From: Aplysia californica | Lineage: Eukaryota | Assembly: GCF_000002075.1 (NCBI RefSeq) | Contig: NW_004798383.1 | Coordinates: forward strand, 55,631 to 119,630 | Length of the DNA stretch: 64,000 nt | Reading direction: 5' to 3' | Made by a program: the position numbers and the translations under genes | Shown here: positions 14,701 to 29,132 of the stretch, one piece after another | Numbering within the stretch: position 1 is the first letter of the stretch | How the letters are laid out: every line of letters starts with the position of its first letter | The notes under the pieces: generated by a model | The model's database searches: none | What the model was told of the DNA's origin: nothing | Seen by the model: only the letters and a program-made list of their open reading frames with translations

Positions 14701-17700
14701 AGCGGGCAGTCACAAATGGGGAAGGAAAGCTATAAATTAGACATATCTCATTAAACGCAAATTTTAATTCTTGTGAACAGTGATATCACGAATATTTTGA
14801 TGTTTGTTGTGGTTCTTCTTTGATTTTTTAATTTTTGTTTTGTTTGTTTTTTGTGGAGGGAGGAGGGTGGGTGGGATGTTTGTTGTTGTTCATTTGTTTG
14901 CTGGTTTTGTTTTTTTTGGAGTGGGGGGGAATTAAAGCTGTAAATAAATGGTGCAAAAATGGATATCTCACTCAAATATTTTATATTAGTAATGAACTCT
15001 AAATAATTGATATTTCATCTTTTTTTTGTGCCTTTTATTTGTTCCTCATTTGACAGGGACATGGAGAAGGACATGGAAGCCCGGCTGAAGGAGAAGTACA
15101 TGCTGATTGACAAGAACGACCCAGCATCCATCGCGGCCGCCCAGCAGGTTAGTGACCTTTGCCTTGACCTCTTAGAATTTGTGTAATTTCTCTCAATAGA
15201 TCTGACTGACGTGAAATGTATTATTGGTGTTTCTAGGGTTTGTTGTTTTCTGTCAGCTTACACAACTTGTGCTCTGTGTGGAATGTTTGACTACTCTTGC
15301 TTGCAGTGCACGGGTGAGAAGCATAATTTTTTAAAGTTGAGGACTGGGCTTGATGTTATTTCTCATTTATTTTAGGTCACGCATGAAGTTTGGGTTTGGT
15401 ATTCAAATAACTTTGTGTGCATGTCTGTGTATGTATGCATGTGTGTTTGTGTGCTTGTGGGTGTGTGTATTTGTGTGTAAGAGTGTGATCTGTGTGACTG
15501 TGTTTATGGTTGGGTGCGGGTGTGTATGTGTGTGAGAGAAACTGTAAGAGTTATAAATTTAGAGTCAGTAGTCAAACCTCATATTTTGCTTGTTGTCAGA
15601 ATAAATATTTCACTTGACACATCTTTAACTTACCACAGTAATGTGTACGATACTTGCAACATGAAAGACTATGTGTTCTGGTTATGAAAAGTTAAAGATT
15701 TCATCTTAAAAGAAATATAAGTGTGGGTCTGCAAAGATTTCTCTTCTACAAAAGGTTAATTCACTTAAATCCATTTCATCAGAGTCATATTCCACACACG
15801 GCGTCACTTTTGGCCCGATTCTGTTACTTTTAGTTAGCGTGACTCAGTAGCCCGCCGGAGCTCCCCGGCTCGGGGTCTCAGGGTTAATGAGCCTTGAAGC
15901 GACACTTCCGGTGTCGGTTAAGAAGTTCACATTTTTGTCTACGTTTGAAACACTATAACTTCTTCCCCATTCCACACCAAAAACCATGACACTGATGTAC
16001 TGAAAGCTCAATGTCTTGAGATTTATTCTGCGTTAAAATGCTTAATTTCTGTGCCTTAGTTTTTGTTCTAGGCAAGTGTTTGTAGAGTACCCAATTTGCC
16101 CTATTTTAGTTACAAACGTATGAATAAATTATTGTTTATTTAAAAACGCCACAACAGATCTCTCCCAAACATTGTTAAACTGACTACGAATATCATGTCT
16201 TTTACCATGAGAAATCTTAAATCTGCACAAGTAGCAATTATCAAGTTATAAGAGAAGAAAGTTGCACATCTGTATTTTTTAAACTAAAAACACTCAGTGT
16301 TAGCTCTTGTTCTACCACTAAACAAGAGAAAGTTACTCTGTGTTTGTTCATGAATCATGATGGGTCTGTGGCAGCCTGCATACAACTAAGAAAGGTATAT
16401 TATGCGATTTTTTAAAACACAAAACTGTGTAAATACATGGATAGAGATAAACTTCTTGTATGGAATAAAAATAATTACAGCTAGCACCTTCATTCTTAGT
16501 TTTTGTGTCAGAAATATGTGCGTACACTTACGAATGTAAAGAAATCAGAACTCTGTCAGTTATTGCAAATGGTAACAGATACGAAAATAAAAGCTGGAAA
16601 CGTCTGGTGCTGATTCAGTGTCACTGAAAACTAGAAACTATTCTTATAATCCAAGTTATCCTTGTTATTCAGTCAACTTACAAAACCGAGGCTTAGCATT
16701 TTAAGAAAAGTAAGGAATTTCTGGAGTGTAACACTAACAGATACTGTTCGTGTATTGCATCATAGATGTATTCTGGCACTAAAATCGATTTGTATTACTT
16801 CATATAGAGACTACAGGGTAATTTTTATAACTTTTCAAGAAAATATGTGAATATTCATGATTATATTGGACACATAAAGTTGTGTTTGGAGGAATTACTT
16901 CATAGTGAATTGTGTGCCAGATGGATAAAGTTGCAAAATTACAGCTTTCTATTATATGCGCAGATATAATCTTTTCTGAGTATCTGCACCACTGTTATGT
17001 TGTTCATGTTCCAAAAGTTCGACAGTTTTTGTCGTGCTGTTTTTTTATAATGATTTTTTTTTCCTTCACAGTTGTCCAAAAAAATTTAGTATTTAGCTTT
17101 GCCGACTTGAAGAATAACCAGACAAACTACAATGGTCGTTCTTTTTTGAGTCTCAAGAGCAGAAATGCATGCTTTGGGTGCATAAAATGATAATTACCAT
17201 AAATACAAGGATACACCTAAAACAGCATGCTGAAAAGTAACAAAAATTAAGTCAGCCCAATCAGATCGGCGACAGGGGGCTGACCCCTGTGAACCTGACA
17301 TGATAAGGCGCTCGGTGGGGAACCCCCTGCTGCAACTAAAATTCCACTGCCGATGCGCTGTACGCAGTGTATTTTTGTGAACAGTGAAGCTGAACTGATT
17401 AAATTTATTCCTCCGAGATGTCTTTGAAATTGGCCTCTGCTTTTCTATAGCAAGTCAGTTTTGGGGTGAGGAAAATTTTTTACGTGATTTGACAGTCCAA
17501 AAAAAAATACTGAAATTTATTTTTCTTAAGCTTGAAGAATGATGATTGACTTTCACTTAAAGGTCAATAGTGTGTGATTAAAATGGGACGATATTATTTT
17601 GTAAGACAATAATATGTTTCTAATGTAAGTTTTCTAAGATCAGAGTAGGCCCACCCACTTTGATCTTCTTTCTTTGTCACCTTCCTACACAAGTATACAG

Positions 17701-20700
17701 TTTCACAAACGCATACTGACTTCCACACTCTCTTAGTCTTATGTGAACAGCAAACAGCTGTTGATAAACAGTCAGTTGCCTTGGCCCATCCTTTTCTTTC
17801 GCCCNNNNNNNNNNNNNNNNNNNNNNNNNNNNNNNNNNNNNNNNNNNNNNNNNNNNNNNNNNNNNNNNNNNNNNNNNNNNNNNNNNNNNNNNNNNNNNNN
17901 NNNNNNNNNNNNNNNNNNNNNNNNNNNNNNNNNNNNNNNNNNNNNNNNNNNNNNNNNNNNNNNNNNNNNNNNNNNNNNNNNNNNNNNNNNNNNNNNNNNN
18001 NNNNNNNNNNNNNNNNNNNNNNNNNNNNNNNNNNNNNNNNNNNNNNNNNTATCTCTGTGTCTTTCTCTTTTTCTGTCCCTCTTTCTCTCTATCTGTCTCT
18101 TTATCTCTCTCTANNNNNNNNNNNNNNNNNNNNNNNNNNNNNNNNNNNNNNNNNNNNNNNNNNNNNNNNNNNNNNNNNNNNNNNNNNNNNNNNNNNNNNN
18201 NNNNNNNNNNNNNNNNNNNNNNNNNNNNNNNNNNNNNNNNNNNNNNNNNNNNNNNNNNNNNNNNNNNNNNNNNNNACTCACACGTATACACATATTTCCA
18301 AGCGTACATTATGCATGCACACACACACAACACACACATATGTACTGACTGGCAAACACATTCACACGCACATAGATATATGCACCATCCACGAAAACAC
18401 GTAGAAAGACATGCACTCTTTGGTTTTCATTCAGATCTTGATTCAGAAGCTGCATATTTCTCTACTTCTTTGTGAACTGAGAAAAAGTTGAATGCAAGGC
18501 AAAGAGTATCTTACTCATATCAGAATGAATGGCCCCGGTTGGAGTTGAAATAATCCCCCATTTCTCCAAAATTAAAAATGAGTAACCCAGTGAGATATGT
18601 CCGTATGATAAAGAAAGAAAGATTTTCACCCAGATTAACCAATCACTTTAATCTTAATCTGTAGATATTACCCAATCACAAGTAATGTAAGATAAGGTCT
18701 CATGTAGAACCCAGACCTGTTAAGAATATCCGTACTTGTATCGACTTTGTCTTAATGATTTACTGTCTTTGCATCAGTATGCAAATTAGTACAATAAAGT
18801 ATTTACATTTACTTTTCATTAAAACTTTACTTCTCCGTTTCCAGTGTCTTTGGTTTTTTGACAACCTAATAGTCTGTAGACTTTGAACCACCCCCATTTT
18901 AAAAAAAATAGTTTAGAATGAACGTCAAGTTGAGCAAAGATGTTAACCGATTTTCGTTTTTACTAAATCACTGATTTTTGCTTACCTTTACAAGACTCCA
19001 ACTTTTTAACACATTTTTGGGAAATGTTTTTTTTTCTGTGTTCTCTGACTTGAGTTTTTTTTCCACCTGTTCTGTCGTTTTCACTATGAGTAATTTGACT
19101 TGTGCGTGGTTTGTTTGACTCTGTCGCTTTCACTATGAGTTATTTGACTTTTGTGTTGCCTTTTTGACTCTGTCGCTTTCACTATGAGTAGTTTAACTTG
19201 TATGTGGTTTGACTCTGTCGCTTTCACTATGAGTAGTTTAACTTGTATGTGGTTTGACTCTGTCGCTTTCACTATGAGTAATTTAATTTGACTTGTGTAT
19301 GGTCTCGGTGCCAGGACTTAACCTTGATGCTAGATGCCCATGAGAACCCAGCGAGTGAGGTACAGCTTCTTCGTTTGATCAATTTTCTCTTCAAATGTTT
19401 GGATCTTACCGACTTGCTTTCTCCATGCACAGCTTCATATCGTACCTCATTACACTTGTTTTGACACTGATTTTTTTTCCTTGGGTGTGTGTGTTTATGA
19501 TCATATTGTTCATTATTTACTTCTGTTTGTTGTACAGATGTACCCGCTGTCAATGTCGTGTATTACTTGATTTCAACTTTCTTTCTTGCTTCTTTTTTTG
19601 TCAGTTGTATTTTTCTTGTATGATATATATTATATGTTCGCACAAAAGAGAAAGATGCCATTTTTATGTATTAGTAGAGATTTGAGCTTGAAAACATAGC
19701 TTTAGGCATGTTTTCTCCAAGTCTAGCACCATGTCTATTCTTTAAAAAAACCCACATTTTTGTTCATAATACATTCACCAAATATATCCATTATATTACC
19801 CATAACACTGACAGTAATGGTTGAGAATTGCATTTTTGAAGTAGATGTTATCCAAAGCAATTCTTTTGTGACGCTTAAGTTTCCATTCTACAATATCTCA
19901 AACGTAAACATAACATCTGGGCCACAGTTTTTAAACACTGCTTTTAATACTTGTATGATCACATTAATACAAATTTCTTGGCCAAAAAAACAAAACAAAA
20001 CAAACACCCTCCCCCCAAAAAACAAAACAAAAAACAAAACAAAAACAAACAACAGAGATTGGCATGTCGTGAATATTAGCCTGCATTTTGACAATAAGGA
20101 TTCTTTCATCATAAATGCAATCATATCGCTTACGACAAGGCATGGGCTGAAATATTCATGTTTTTTCGCTGTTCTTTGATTCTTTTTGTTTGTTTGTTTG
20201 TTGTTTTTTTTTTTTGTAATTAGTTTTCAATTTAGTTTTACTTTCTTTCAGTTTGTGCACCATGATATCCCTTTTCCCTTCTCTTTTTGGTGTAGAGAAA
20301 AGATTAATTTTTCAGCTTACTGAAAAAAAAGATGCAGTCTCTCTTTTGTGTACTTTTTGTGTTAAATGTAATAAGAAAGCTTTGCTTGCAAGTGTCAGTT
20401 TAGAGTAAATGATTGCTTTAAGTTTTGTGGACTTCAATAGGCCTACTCTTTTGTATTTCTTAAACTTCAGGATGCACCATCATTGTACATTTTGACCTCA
20501 TGATCACCAATCAGATTTATTTCTAGTAGGGAATTCACCCAATAGGTTGATAGAAAACAGTTCTTATATTCAAAGTAGCTTTGTCCTCAAAGTGTGAATT
20601 TTCAACATGTTTTCAATGCTATTTTTCAGTTAGTATAAAAAAGTTGAATGGAAATGAAAAGGATTTACTCCCATTTTTAGGGTAAAAAGCCATTAACCCC

Positions 20701-23700
20701 ATACAGGCCTTGTTCTTTTTTCTGAATTGTTTAATGGGAGGGAGGGGGGCGTCATCTCTTCTCTGTCGTCTTTGCCCAGAGGGGACTGAGATATTTAAAT
20801 GTGTAAGTCCAAATAGTTTTCGGTCCCATCAACAGGGTTCCTTTCACCTTACCATTAATTGAATGTAACCCACGAACAAGAGTAGCCTGTCTGATACAAT
20901 GGTGCAACCCCCCCCCCCCCCTAAATTGTGTCATCTGACCAACTTTTTCATGCTGAGCTATCAACACAGGGTCAGCATTTCTTACAAAAACAAGACAACA
21001 GATATATACCACTCCCGAACCCCAAAGAAAAGAAGGGACAAAAAGAAAACCTGCACATACTCTGGAGATATAAGCTCTTTATGAAATGTAGACCTACGAT
21101 TCGAATTGTATATGTATTTCAGTTTTTTTGTCTCATGCCTGTGACTTTTTCATGATGATCTTTCCTCAAAATCACAATAAAAAGTAGATGAGAGTAATAA
21201 TTAGCTAGGCTTTTAAACTTCACAAAAAGAAAAATAAGCATCTGCTTCCTCAGTTTTCTAAATGAGCTCCGCTCCGTACTGATAATACAATGAGAACATT
21301 TCTCTTTTATTTCTCCCACCCTTTCTTCCGTTTCAGAAAACAGTAGCGTTTTAGAAAATAACACCTCTATTCACCTCATTAACCCTATCTGTATTCCCTG
21401 GGGTCTTTTTGTACCCCCGGGGTTGTATTCTTCACATTTGAGAATGCTTTTAGTACAAAGATTTCTTCGAAACTTTCTGTATTTCTCAAAAAATCATTTT
21501 GACAGAATGCTATGCAAAGCGTATGGATAGGAAAACGAACAAATTTCCTCTTTGGAAAGTGGTGGCACAGAGTTCCCCACGTATTATGGATACGATAGTA
21601 AAACACGACGTACGGATAGGGTTAATAGTAATCGGTTTATGGTTTGGAATTGTTCAGTTACAGTTACTTCCATAATCAACATATTTTGTTTCATGTTTCA
21701 AACTAGCTTTCCTTTTCACTTCTCAAGGCTGGTGTACCCATTGCTGATGATGGTTCCCTCGTCGGTGATCTGGAGGGTGGAAATTTTGGACTGGGTACGG
21801 CGCCGAAAACATCCAAGGCCGACTCCTCCGCTGTTGTCCAGCTGAAGAAGAAAGAGAGGGAGAGAGACAGAAAGCGTGGATCACGGGGAGCCACGTAAGT
21901 GTAAAGATTAATTTTAAAAAAGTTGTTTTACTTCAAATGTTTTAAAATGTCAGATCAAACACATCAGCTTTATGGGAAGTTGTCGTCTTTTCTGTCAAAC
22001 GTTCAAAATCATCTCTGGTTCAGGTTCCCCTGTATCTTTTCTCTGTATTCAGTATCCCATACCCCTTCTAATTCTACCCCCCCCCTGTCAGTATGGTTGT
22101 GCCAAAAGCAATGTTAGAGTCTATAATCAGTGTCACGGCACTGCATCTCAGAAAAAATGCCTTGGACATTGACTTGCCAATGTATACATGCTTAATGGGC
22201 AATACGAATCCTTCTTTGGAAAGTGTGTCTTCAAAAGTAGATCCTGTGAAAGTGACACGACTGTGTCAAAAGAAACATAAGAAGGAAATCATTGTATAGT
22301 GTTTGTCAAAGATGTAATTTTTAGAATTGGAAATGTATGTAAGAAAAAAAAAACGCACCAAAAACTAATGATGTGATTATCTTTAAGGAATTTTAGTTAT
22401 TTCTTTAGGAGATTGAGTATCTCTTTGGGGAGATCAATAATGTAAAACCTCATGTCACCTCACCTCACCTCGCCTCACCTCACTTCACGTTGCCTCACCT
22501 TATCTCACCTTACCTCACTTCACCTCTCCTTCATAAGATACATTTTACTCTTTGACTCTCTGTATGTGCTCAGGAGCCCTGTAGCTGGAAAAACAGCTTC
22601 CAGCCCATCCCACAGTGCAAAGGGTGAGCGCAAGATTGAGTCTCCGACAACACCTGGAGGCGAGAGGGCAGACAAACCGGAGAAAGATCTGGAAGGTTCT
22701 GCTTCCCCTGTCAGCTCTGCCGGGAACCTGTCTCGTTCGGAGAAAGTCCAGAGACCCAGGTTTGTTCAGAAGAAACTTTATGATAAATGTTTCAGGTTTG
22801 TAGGTTTTTTTTTCATTATAAGGTTTGGGAATTTTTAAAAAAAATGAATTAAAAAATGTATAAATAAGAAAAGACACATTATTCTTTATGGCATGAAGAA
22901 ATGATCATGTTGCCTACTTTTGTTCTTCTTTCCCTGATTTTGATCAGTTTTTTTTCATGAAACAGCTCTTGGAATAGTCATCAGTTCTGGTATGCTATTC
23001 TGAAATCTTCAACTCCTAGCATCACATGCCTACCGTCCAGTTCAGTTTGTAATGATGACAGAATGGACAAGAACACGGTTAAGGTGGCACGTACAACAGT
23101 GTTATCTGATCTGTCTTGTTTCTTGTTTGAGAAACAATGGGAAACACTTTTATAATGAAGAAAGAAGCTTATTGTCAAATTAAACTTTTTGAAGTTTATC
23201 TATCTATGAGCACTGGGGGGGGGCATTTTGTTCTCGGTAGTTCAGAGTATTATTCATCCTTTTTTCAAAAACTGAATTGTGAGGTAATGTTTAAGATTTG
23301 GCTTGTTATTTGTCTCATTGTTTAGTAGGAATTGGTATGCTATAAGCTACAGATTCCATGAAGAGTAAAGTAGGAAATGTAATTTTAATTGACTGATAAT
23401 TTGTGGGACATAATATAGCATGTTCTTAATGCCTTCTTACATTTCAATGAATATTTTATGATCTGTTAGGAAAAAAACACCCGCAGTGGAAGAGTTACCT
23501 CCAGTAGTTGTCAAGTATGGAAAAACATGTATTGTGTGTTTGGTGTTTTCTGGCGAACATATCATGTTCCATATCAATAAGCTTGGGAGTTGTGGTCTAG
23601 CTTTGTTGCAAGGAGATGGCTGTGTACTCCTTACTTACCTCTGTCTGCTACATGGGGCTTTGAAATCCCTTTGTGGTCCAAAATTGACTGGTGTTTCAGT

Positions 23701-26700
23701 AAAAGTGTTTAGCTGTATCATGTGTCATCCCCTATAGTTTGTTTTCAGTCCTGAATCAAATCAACTGTATGCTTACCCTTCAGTTCTTAGTCTAACCTAA
23801 ATATTTGTAAAATTCAATCAAGTCAGATTTAAATCCTGAGAATAGTCAGCGGATGAAACTTAAGAGTTTTTGCATTCTTCAGGTAGATACATACTTCACA
23901 TTTAGTGAAAGGGTAATGGTTAGAAAAGGTTTAACGAAATCAATTTTGACGGGTATGGTATTGTACAATAGTTTGTCTTTCACCAACTAATAAAGGCTAT
24001 TCAGTTCTTCTATATGAAAATTTGTTTTTATCATTAGATGACTGTAAGCTAATTCATAGGTTAGAAATTTCATAAGAAAAGAATTTAGATAAATGAAAGG
24101 TAATGCACTCCATTAGTAAGTTTGAATTTCATTCTCTGACTTTTTTTGTACTTGTTAAGTGCTTTATTTTTCAACGTGTCCTTGGATTTGTCTGTAGCTT
24201 TGTTATACGTATAAAGCGTTGTATCCTACATTTCCCTTCATGTACTTACATAATGCAAGAGTGTTGTGTATACCCTCCATTTGTAACAAGTGTCAAGAAT
24301 TTTTTAAATTGAATTCTTGATTAAAAGTATTCACAATCCAAGGGATAAAAAAACACAACCAAAAATGAAAAACATAGCATGAGGAAAATGATTAAAATTT
24401 GTTGGCATGTACTCACAGAAGAAAAAGAAAAAGGAAGGTGGAGAAGAAAAATAAGTGATGAAAGAGAAGACGGACAGGGATAAAGAAACACAGAGACAAA
24501 GGAATAAGTTAAGGAGTCCGTTGGTTTCAACAGCAACATACATAATATTATGAAGGCTAAAATTATCTACATGTTTTTGTGTAAGAAGGAGAGAAAGGTC
24601 TTATGTTTGCCTGACTAACATCTGTGCAATGCACTGGGTTTATTGTTATGTTCTTGTTGTTCCCTCTAACCCCATCAGTAGATTGGCAGAGGATGCTGAA
24701 AGGTATATCTTTGGTTTTTCCTTTTGATTTTTCCCTTTTCATTTCTTCCTTTACTATTTTATTCAGCTTTGGTAGATTCTACAGCTATATTTCTTTAACC
24801 TGGAAAATTGAATTAGCTCCACCCCCCCCCCCCCAAAAAAAAAGTAAAAAATTAGATTAAATAATCCCTTTATATGTCCAATTGCATATCGCATATACTC
24901 CCAGCTTGCTGTTCTGCTTAGGCAGCTACTAAACTTTATCTTTGCATAACCTACAGGAGCATTTCCCTTCTCAGAATGGATTATTTACTTTGATGAGGAG
25001 AAGGCATCTCTTTGTTGTGATGTTTTGTGTTCTGTTTGCTTTCCTCCTTTTCCTTCTATAATTTGGCTTAGGTTCATCTCTTGTTTGTTTTTAAAATGTG
25101 GTTTTTTGTTGGGGGGTATGAATCCTGAAAGAATCTGTTCTTGCGATGATGAGCTCCGACTTTGCCAGTTCATGTGCTCTTCTGTTACTCTGTCATGTTT
25201 GGGATTACTTTTTGACTAAATGCAACCAACTAATATCTTTATCATTCTGAAAACCCAGTTTTGTCGTGTGACCCCACCTGTAGATTCTCTTCTTAATTCT
25301 TTTTCAGGTTTTCTTGTTTATTATCCTCTGTAAAAACTGTCTCCTGTAGTGTGAATGCTTTATATTTAGTTTAGATCGAGATGCTTAGATACAGTTTAAT
25401 ACATGTAACCTAGTAGATATGTTAATCCCCTTTTCTTGGACTGTACCTTGCTCTTCTCTTCCTCTTATTCTCTTTCTGTCTTATGGTCAGCCTTAGGTGA
25501 AATTCTGATTACTTCTGCCTGTCTGATTTGGTCACCATAATTTTTCTCTTCTACTTACATGTAACTTGGTATAAATCCTTTTGTCCTTTCTCTTGCTATT
25601 GTACATTATGTAATCTATCTTGTCCATAGTATCTGTTTTTACTAGAACCTTTCAGACATCTAACACGCTCTAATAAAGACCAGCTTTGATAGCTTCACGA
25701 AATAATGTTAAGAACAAATGTTCATTTACTCAAACCAGTGGAGTAGGTGAGGAGGGTGAGGAGCCTGCCGAGGAAGAGGAGGAACATGCAGATGGACCTC
25801 CGACTGAGTAAATCCAACAATGAAGTTTTCAATGTATTATTTGCTTCTGAGTTCCTTGTTGGACTTTTTTTAAAGCAGATCATCACAATCTTGAGCACCC
25901 TGGACTTTTTTTGTTGTTGTTTTTTTTACTTCATGCCTTTGAATTTTTTAGTTCATTTATTTAGGACTGAATTGTTCTTTTAGGTTTCCTTTTTATACTC
26001 CAGTGATGTTCCCGTTCTTTCCTCCAGATCTGAAAAATAAAGTAAAATCTTTTTGTCACTTGAAAGTCACAGTACTCTTGATGCATTACTGTTTGCAAAC
26101 ATACATCTCTTTATTTCTTCACAAAGTTTCATCTTTGTCTCTGTGTCCCTTTTTTATTTCCACGGAATGGTTTCCTTTCACATATGGTATTCTTCTCCTA
26201 GCAAAGACAGGTGATGTGTAGGTCTACTATATACACTTCTGTTAGTGAGATGGTCCTTGTGAGTGAAAATACAGTGTTCATTAAGCACAGGTGCAATGAG
26301 TAAATGTTCTTTGGAAATACTTTTCCATTTTATCCACTGTTACTGTTAAGCATCGAGGGGTTCTTTGAAAAAACATTTTGTACCTCTTTTAAATGTAAAC
26401 ATTTTACTATGTCAAGGAACCGTTTTAATAACAAGCAATTTTTAACAATATCTTAATCAGTATGGTATCATCATTAACCTAAAGTTATTAGCCAAATTGT
26501 ACCAGTACCTACATGTGCTATATTATATAGAACTCTCAAAGCACTTCTGCAGTCAGTTGTTCAGTTTTAACAATTACATAAGTTGTATTTTCCCATCACA
26601 TAACTTCTTAGCAGCTTTGTACAATGTTCACTGTGTCACAGAATCAAAATGTATTGAAAGAATAAGTGATCTTGACCCAATGCAATAGAGGGAACTTTTA

Positions 26701-29085
26701 ATGATATCGAAATATTTTTCTAGCATTTGTAAAATCAGCACCCGTAAGAGGACACGTGCGTTAATCAGGAAACAAGACCACTTCACAGGTTACTTACTCC
26801 CTCTGGCACTAGCAGTCAAAGCAATCTTCAAAGAGATTTAGATGAGAAGTGTTGGGCTAAAACCGTGAAAATTAGTTTTAGGCTTGGCATGTATGAGATG
26901 GGTTCTTCTTTGTTTTTATTATTAGAGGTGTCTCCAAGAATGAAGGAGAAAAATAAGAAGCAAATTTAGAACTGTGTTTGTCCAAGAAAAAATATTATTG
27001 GCATTCCACTCCTGTGAACTGGCAGAAGTGCTGAAAAATAAAATAAAACAGAGTTTTGTAACTATTCTTTAATATTTGCCGTGAATTACTCTCGCAGAAA
27101 AAGAAGCTATCTTTGCTAAATCCCTGATTGAACATGATCAAATTAAAATTTCCTGGAGTATCTGTTGTTGTAGATATTTACTCTTCAAAGGAACACAGCT
27201 GGTTATCAAGCAGATCAAATTAACGATTCCTTGTTGTTAAATGTCTTTTTTTCTATTTAAAAACAACAACAATAAAACTATTCAGCACCATGTTTTCATT
27301 CATGTTTCAGTTGTTTGGTATTTTATTTTTCAACATTTCGTTTTGGGCACTTTCTGTAGCTTCTGTCAGCACTGAGACACTGATGACAACTACATATTGA
27401 CTAAGAGCAGAAGAAACAAACAATAGCACTAAATGAAGGCAGCAACAGTTTTGATAACAGAAGATAATTAGAAGTGTTGCAACAGGCAAAAACTTTGGAA
27501 AGAATAAATTCCACAACTGCTATTACTATTAGATTGTCAATCCATTATTTTTATCTTGTTTTGTATTACAGAATAACCTATAACTGTGTCAGTCTAGCCT
27601 AACAACTGCAAATCTCACATTAATCACTCAGCACAGCGGGTGGTTGGCAAGTGCTCTGGAGTGGTTTGCTCCTTCTTTCCTATCAAACATCTATCGTCCT
27701 TATCTCTTCTCCTTTTTTGTGTTTGTTACTCTCTTGTAACACTTCTTATCTTCTGCCCTTATATGACCTTATTGTGTTGCAAGTGCCATAGAACTCTTAC
27801 TAAAACTAAAATTCAGCACAGGAATATACAAACATGAGTGTAACAAAATATGTTGTTTCCCTTTATATTGTGGCTACTTCTGTCTGTTTGGCTGAGCAAA
27901 TAGTTGTGAACTATTGCTTTACACTTATTGTTTGTTATACAACATTGACCTGACTAACTTATTGTTGTTTTACTCAACTTACATCTATCTCTAGCACTCC
28001 GCCAAGTAGAACTTCAGCCTTTGAAGATTTTAAAGCTGAGAAGGGCAGTGAGATCAACAGAGTACTCATTGGAAACAAAGGTGAGTTGTGAACTGATCCT
28101 GTTGGGTTTGATTTCAATAGAATAGTCGAAATTGTCCAAGATGGTCTGTCATTGCGTAGGAGAAAAAAGGTTGTCTTAGACAGGTGGATGTCTTGGACAA
28201 TGTCATTATTATATAGAGAAAAGGTGCGCNNNNNNNNNNNNNNNNNNNNNNNNNNNNNNNNNNNNNNNNNNNNNNNNNNNNNNNNNNNNNNNNNNNNNNN
28301 NNNNNNNNNNNNNNNNNNNNNNNNNNNNNTTTTGGGGGGGGGGGGGGGGAGGCGAGAGTGAGAAGTGGTTGTTTGTTCTGGTGGTTGTCTTGAACAGATG
28401 GCCATTAGAACAGGTTCAACTGTGTTACTCTTGCAGTCCACAAAGGGTGATTGAAAGATTTCAATACTGCTGTGAGGAGCAACTTTATTTCCTTTTTTGG
28501 AAACTATTTTTATGAGCAAGCAGCCCACATGGGCTTCTTCAAGCACATCCTCATTTTTATTTCTTTTTCTACCAAGAATTTCTTAGCGGGAAAAGAAATC
28601 AAATGAGGTTTGAAGAAACCCACTTGGACTCCTTGCTGATAAAAACAATTAGGAAGAAACAAACATAGTTTCCAGGACACTTGAATAGATGTAAGAGTCA
28701 TCTAGCTGTCACTGGCAAAATGGAAGGTAAATGAGGCATGGATAGACCCATAGCAACTTACTTGGAGTTGGAGAGCCTGACTAATGCATAATGGGGAAAG
28801 ATCAGGATAGTATAGCTTTTCTGAGAGAAAATGAACAAAGGAATGAATGGAAAACCATGATTGCCAATTTCTGTCACATATCTGGCACTTGTTGATGATG
28901 ATGATGGATAGTAGTTAGTGGGAGATGCTCTGGTGTGGATTTTCTTCTTCCATTTCTTTTCAGAGTTATTGTTTTCCTAATCACTTCCAAATGATTGAAA
29001 TGAGTTGTGTGACATTGCAATTCAAATCCGCTATTTAAAAACAGTTTCCTAGCACTTTATAACCATGATCATGTTATTATCTTTA

Positions 29086-29132
<47 letters not shown>

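Noticed and set aside
15790-17350. Probable DNA-transposon remnants here and at about 33830-36530 and 55520-56280
   Set aside because: Ends, TSDs and coding remnants could not be defined by eye, so they were not called
19070-19303. Regularly spaced repeat resembling a CRISPR array
   Set aside because: The units are contiguous with no unique spacers, there are no cas genes, and the context is a eukaryotic intron; it is a minisatellite
23020-23153. Additional candidate KIF9 exon after ctcctag (ITCLPSSSVCNDDRMDK...)
   Set aside because: No phase-2 donor before the in-frame TAA
23870-25312. YAG|GT recursive-splice-like sites (about 23882 and 25307)
   Set aside because: Weak donors, and the intron is only about 5 kb, so such motifs are expected by chance
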